Below, in pieces: positions 17,890-20,644 of a DNA stretch of 20,644 bases. Made by a program: the position numbers and the translations under genes. Each line of letters opens with the position of its first letter. The stretch's first letter is position 1. Source of the stretch: Myxococcales bacterium (lineage in GTDB: Bacteria > Myxococcota_A > UBA9042 > JABWCM01 > BTVJ01). The stretch spans positions 1 to 20,644 of the forward strand of contig BTVJ01000115.1 of the NCBI GenBank assembly GCA_045863395.1, read 5' to 3'. The notes under the pieces are model-generated. The model was not told the DNA's origin. It worked only from the letters and a program-made list of their open reading frames with translations, and did not search any database.

Positions 17890-18711
17890 ATGATGCAGGG
17901 TGACCGGACGATCCGCGACTTTGGCGAGCAGTGGACCGCCTTTCGGGACAACGAGGGCTACTACGCCTCCGAGGCGCTGTTCCGCGACATCGTCGAGCCG
18001 CTCGTCGCGGCCGAGGCGTTTCGCGGGGCGCGGGTCGCCGACATCGGGAGCGGCACCGGCCGCATCGTGCGGATGCTCGCCCAGGCGGGCGCGGCGCACG
18101 TTCTGGCCGTGGAGCCCTCGGACGCCGTCGGGCCGCTCCGCGAGAACGTGGCGGACCTGGGCGACCGGGTCGAGGTGCTCCACGCCACCGGCGACGCGCT
18201 CCCCGCCGGCCTTGGGCTCGACTTCGTCGTCTCCTTCGGGGTCCTGCACCACATCCCGGAGCCCGGACCCGTGGTCGCCGCGGCCCTGCGGGCGCTGCGG
18301 CCGGGCGGGCGCCTCGTCGCGTGGCTCTACGGGCGTGAGGGGAACGAGACCTACCTGCGCCTGGCGGAGCCACTGCGCCGGGTGACGCGGCGCATCCCCC
18401 ATCGGGCGTTGCACGCGCTGAGCACGGCGCTCGCCCCGGCGCTGTCACTGTATGCGGCCGCCTGCGCGCCGCTGCCGGCCCTCCCCATGGCGTCCTACAT
18501 GCGAGACCACATCGCACGCCTCTCCTGGAGCGCCCGCGTGCTGACCATCTACGACCAGCTCAACCCCGCCTACGCCCGGTACTACACCCGCGACGAGGCG
18601 CTGGCTCTGCTGCGCGACGCGGGCTTCACGGACGTGCGCGCCCACCACCGCCACGGCTATAGCTGGACCGTCGTCGGGCAGCGGGCCTGGCCCGAGGGGG
18701 AAGGGCGCTGA
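17890..18711 (+). CDS. Class I SAM-dependent methyltransferase (about 273 aa)
   Basis: Motif I VADIGSGTG, motif II LAVEPS, LDFVVSFGVLHHIP, LRPGGRL. AGGAGG SD before ATG 17890; an alternative in-frame start exists at 17767. Confidence 0.9.
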   Translation: MMQGDRTIRDFGEQWTAFRDNEGYYASEALFRDIVEPLVAAEAFRGARVADIGSGTGRIVRMLAQAGAAHVLAVEPSDAVGPLRENVADLGDRVEVLHATGDALPAGLGLDFVVSFGVLHHIPEPGPVVAAALRALRPGGRLVAWLYGREGNETYLRLAEPLRRVTRRIPHRALHALSTALAPALSLYAAACAPLPALPMASYMRDHIARLSWSARVLTIYDQLNPAYARYYTRDEALALLRDAGFTDVRAHHRHGYSWTVVGQRAWPEGEGR

Positions 18712-18830
18712 CCGGGCTGCTCCTCGGCGCCCCGCGACGGCCCGACCACGGGTGTGCCGTGTGGTGCCGCGATGGGGGGCCGACCGCGTGACCCTCGCAG
18801 GAGCTCCGCCAGCCGTGTCCACGAGATGCT

Positions 18831-19421
18831 TCATCGCGTCGAGCGGCGCGCTTCCGCGAGGGCCCTCTCGAGAAGGCCGGAGACCCCTGCCGCGGGCGCC
18901 CATCGGGCCAGGTACTTCAGGTCCACGGCGTCGCCCTGGACCATGAGGACCCCGATGTCGTCCCTCCACTGGCGATCGGAGACTCCCTGTCCCAGGCGAT
19001 ACCCGATCAGCTACTGCAGGACGATGTCCTCAGCGGTCGCCACGACAAGCTCCGCGGGAGGAGCGCCAGGAAGCGGGAACCGCTGTCGCCGGGCCATCTC
19101 CGATGCCGTGAGTGGGTCGTCGGGCATCACGAAGAGGTCCACGTTCAGCATGGTCGCCAGGTGGATGACGTTGAAGCAGGCGCGGCGCCGCACCGCGTCT
19201 CGGACGCTCCCCTCGTCGACGTAGAAGTCGGCCGAGAGTCGCGAGACCAACGGCGCCACGTGTTCGCCTCGCAGGTCAGCCACCAGGTCCACGTCCAGCG
19301 TCGCTCGAGGCACTCCGAGGAGCGAGCTCGCGACGGAGCCACCGACCAGGTACGGGACCTCCAGCGACTCCAGTAGACCGGTCACCGCCAGCGTGACCTC
19401 GAGCTCCTCCGAGCGCGCCAC
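18831..19421 (-). pseudogene. Nucleotidyltransferase-like gene (putative toxin of a two-gene module) interrupted by an in-frame TAG at 19013-19011
   Basis: NTase signature YLVGGSVA...PRATLDVDL. After AEDIVLQ-TAG the same frame continues LIGYRLGQGVSDRQWRDDIGVLMVQGDAVDLKYLARWAPAAGVSGLLERALAEARRSTR to TGA at 18833-18831. This resembles the C-terminus I recall for the family (KLxWYR..SDRQWRD..GVL..LD..YL..WA). Confidence 0.8.
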
Positions 19422-19715
19422 TCAGTAGCCCTCCTTCTGCGGGTCCCAGCCGAAGGCGCGGATCATCAGCTCGCGAGGGATCGCCAGCGCCGCCACCCGC
19501 AGGCGCACCTCTCGCTCCGAGATGTCGGGGCCTCGCGTCGCGCGAATGCGGGCCTCGGCCAGCTCGCGAAGCGCGGCGCTCATGGAGAACGCGCGGGCGA
19601 GCCGTCCCTCCGGGCCCATCCGGCGGTATCCCTCGATGAGGATCCGCTCAACCTCGGCGCTGGTGTCGGACGGTCCGCCCGGTGACGCCGGGGTGCTGTG
19701 CTCAGGAAGACTCAC
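19422..19715 (-). CDS. Small helical protein (DTS.E.E...YRRM.PE.RL type), putative antitoxin or partner of the NTase (about 97 aa)
   Basis: SDTSAEVERILIEGYRRMGPEGRLARA...ISEREVRLRVA. Its TGA directly abuts the GTG start of the NTase gene. GTG 19715 has a GGGAG SD (19724 is an alternative start). Confidence 0.7.
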   Translation of the reverse strand: MSLPEHSTPASPGGPSDTSAEVERILIEGYRRMGPEGRLARAFSMSAALRELAEARIRATRGPDISEREVRLRVAALAIPRELMIRAFGWDPQKEGY

Positions 19716-19767
19716 GTCGCTCACTCCCGTGTCCCTGGTGTCGCCAGAGCGGCGCACGGCCACGCGG

Positions 19768-19794
19768 AGCATAGCACTCGAAAGCGACGCTTTC
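19768..19794 (-). promoter_or_regulatory. Extended -10 promoter (TG-C-TATGCT) with an adjacent perfect palindrome GAAAGCG-A-CGCTTTC (candidate operator)
   Basis: -10 at 19773-19768 and TG at 19776-19775 on the minus strand, about 50 nt upstream of the small gene. The 7-1-7 inverted repeat is at 19780-19794. Confidence 0.5.
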
Positions 19795-19989
19795 CTCCAC
19801 ACCGCACTCGTCGGTGTGTGCGGTGTTCCGGGCGGAACCGCTGTTGGGCTCGGCGCTCGCTACTCCCCGACCGCAAGCCCTCGGGGAGGATGAATCTTGC
19901 CGATCCGGCGGAGACCGGCAGGAAACTGCTCCAACACCCTGATTCGAGCGCAATTGTCACCGGAACGTCGCGACCTGCGAATACTCTGC

Positions 19990-20019
19990 TTGACGGCGGC
20001 GAAATTGGAGGCGCACCAT
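19990..20019 (+). promoter_or_regulatory. Possible sigma70-type promoter TTGACG-N18-CACCAT for the gene at 20104
   Basis: Near-consensus -35 at 19990-19995, weak -10 at 20014-20019. Confidence 0.3.
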
Positions 20020-20103
20020 CGGGAGCATGGCGGACGCGCGCCGCTCCGTGGGGTCCGGCGGGGTTGTCTCGGCGCAGGATGCGGACCCGAAGGAGGCTCG
20101 ACC

Positions 20104-20644
20104 ATGGTCTGGCATCAGGGTGTGGCTGCTGCGATGATCCTCGCGGCAGCATCAGCGGCGGCGGAGCCCACGGGGGGGGGGGGGGGCTTCGTAGAAAAGA
20201 CTCAGAATATCCAGCACTTCGAGTTCGGTAGCGCGCGCACGGACGAGGCCGCGCTGCTCCTCGTGGCGCTCCCGTCGCGGCCTCCCAGCGACGGGGTGGA
20301 GATCCTGGAGGAGCAGGTATGGCTCAGCACCGAGACGGAGGAGTTTCTGGCATGGTCCCGCCCGGCGGGGGCGCCGGGGGCCATCCCGGTGGACCAGGCC
20401 CACAAGCAGAGCTTCTTTGTCGCTTCGCTTCCCCTCTTTTTCAGTCCCGGCTTCGACGTCACCTGGCGTGTGCTCGCCCGAACGCGGGACAAGCTCGTGG
20501 TGACCTACGACCTGAAGCTGCCGGCGGCGGCCATCGAGGCGCTGCCGGTCGTGACGGCGGCGAAGGCTCCGGCCCCGGCGAAGGCAGCGGACGCCGGCTA
20601 CGCGCAGAAGGTGGCGGCCTTCCAGGCGGAGGTGCTCGCAAAGG
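20104..20644 (+). CDS. Probable secreted protein of unknown function, 5' part only (absent from the ORF track because it runs off the window)
   Basis: AAGGAGG SD at 20090-20096 and ATG 20104. Reads MVWHQGVAAAMILAAASAAA-EPTGGGGGFVEKTQNIQHFEFGSARTDEAALLLVALP... and is open for 180 codons to the edge with GC-rich third positions. Confidence 0.75.
   Translation, partial: MVWHQGVAAAMILAAASAAAEPTGGGGGFVEKTQNIQHFEFGSARTDEAALLLVALPSRPPSDGVEILEEQVWLSTETEEFLAWSRPAGAPGAIPVDQAHKQSFFVASLPLFFSPGFDVTWRVLARTRDKLVVTYDLKLPAAAIEALPVVTAAKAPAPAKAADAGYAQKVAAFQAEVLAK
20172..20186 (+). repeat. G15 homopolymer tract inside the 20104 CDS
   Basis: ...CCCAC-GGGGGGGGGGGGGGG-CTTC...; by far the longest homopolymer seen in the window. 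Confidence 0.9.

Noticed and set aside
18712..18830. Long imperfect GC-rich fold-back between the convergent methyltransferase and NTase genes
   Set aside because: The pairing is interrupted, explainable by composition and has no U-tract, so I cannot support a terminator or ncRNA call.
18831..19421. Genome-wide TAG reassignment (alternative genetic code)
   Set aside because: TAG ends the USP, hydrolase, cyclophilin and GspF-like genes at plausible C-termini, and no other gene here has an internal TAG.
19698..20231. ORFs 19698-20231+, 19721-20152- and others in the right-hand intergenic region
   Set aside because: No SD at a proper spacing, non-protein-like composition, and overlap with promoter elements and the better-supported 20104 gene.
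18712..20644. Mobile-element or island boundary around the TA-like module
   Set aside because: No integrase, transposase, tRNA target, terminal inverted repeats or target-site duplication visible; only a mild compositional shift by eye.

Overview
A very GC-rich bacterial window, most likely Myxococcota or a related deltaproteobacterial lineage (inferred from a MYXO-CTERM-like sorting signal, Cys-rich CGDGxC and CNGxDDDCDG repeats, and DGG/DAG-rich linkers). The left part is a minus-strand run of two tandem-domain universal stress proteins, a cytidylate-kinase-like protein, a double-DsbA lipoprotein, a ZU5/Cys-rich/somatomedin-B-like lipoprotein and a CHASE-PAS hybrid histidine kinase. A divergent glutaryl-CoA-dehydrogenase-like gene follows. 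Next is a minus-strand metallophosphoesterase, alpha/beta-hydrolase lipoprotein and VWA/Cys-repeat/MYXO-CTERM adhesin, then plus-strand cyclophilin, orphan zinc-ribbon GspF/PilC-like protein and SAM methyltransferase. At the right end are a small-protein plus nucleotidyltransferase-like pair whose second gene has an in-frame TAG, a hairpin-rich intergenic region, and a secreted-protein gene missing from the ORF track with an in-frame G15 tract just after its signal peptide. The best leads are (1) the PIDD-like HFSW autoproteolysis motif in the ZU5 lipoprotein, (2) the G15 candidate phase-variation switch and (3) the amber-interrupted NTase module with a palindromic operator. No rRNA, tRNA, CRISPR array or transposase was seen. 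All family assignments come from motif recognition, not database searches.
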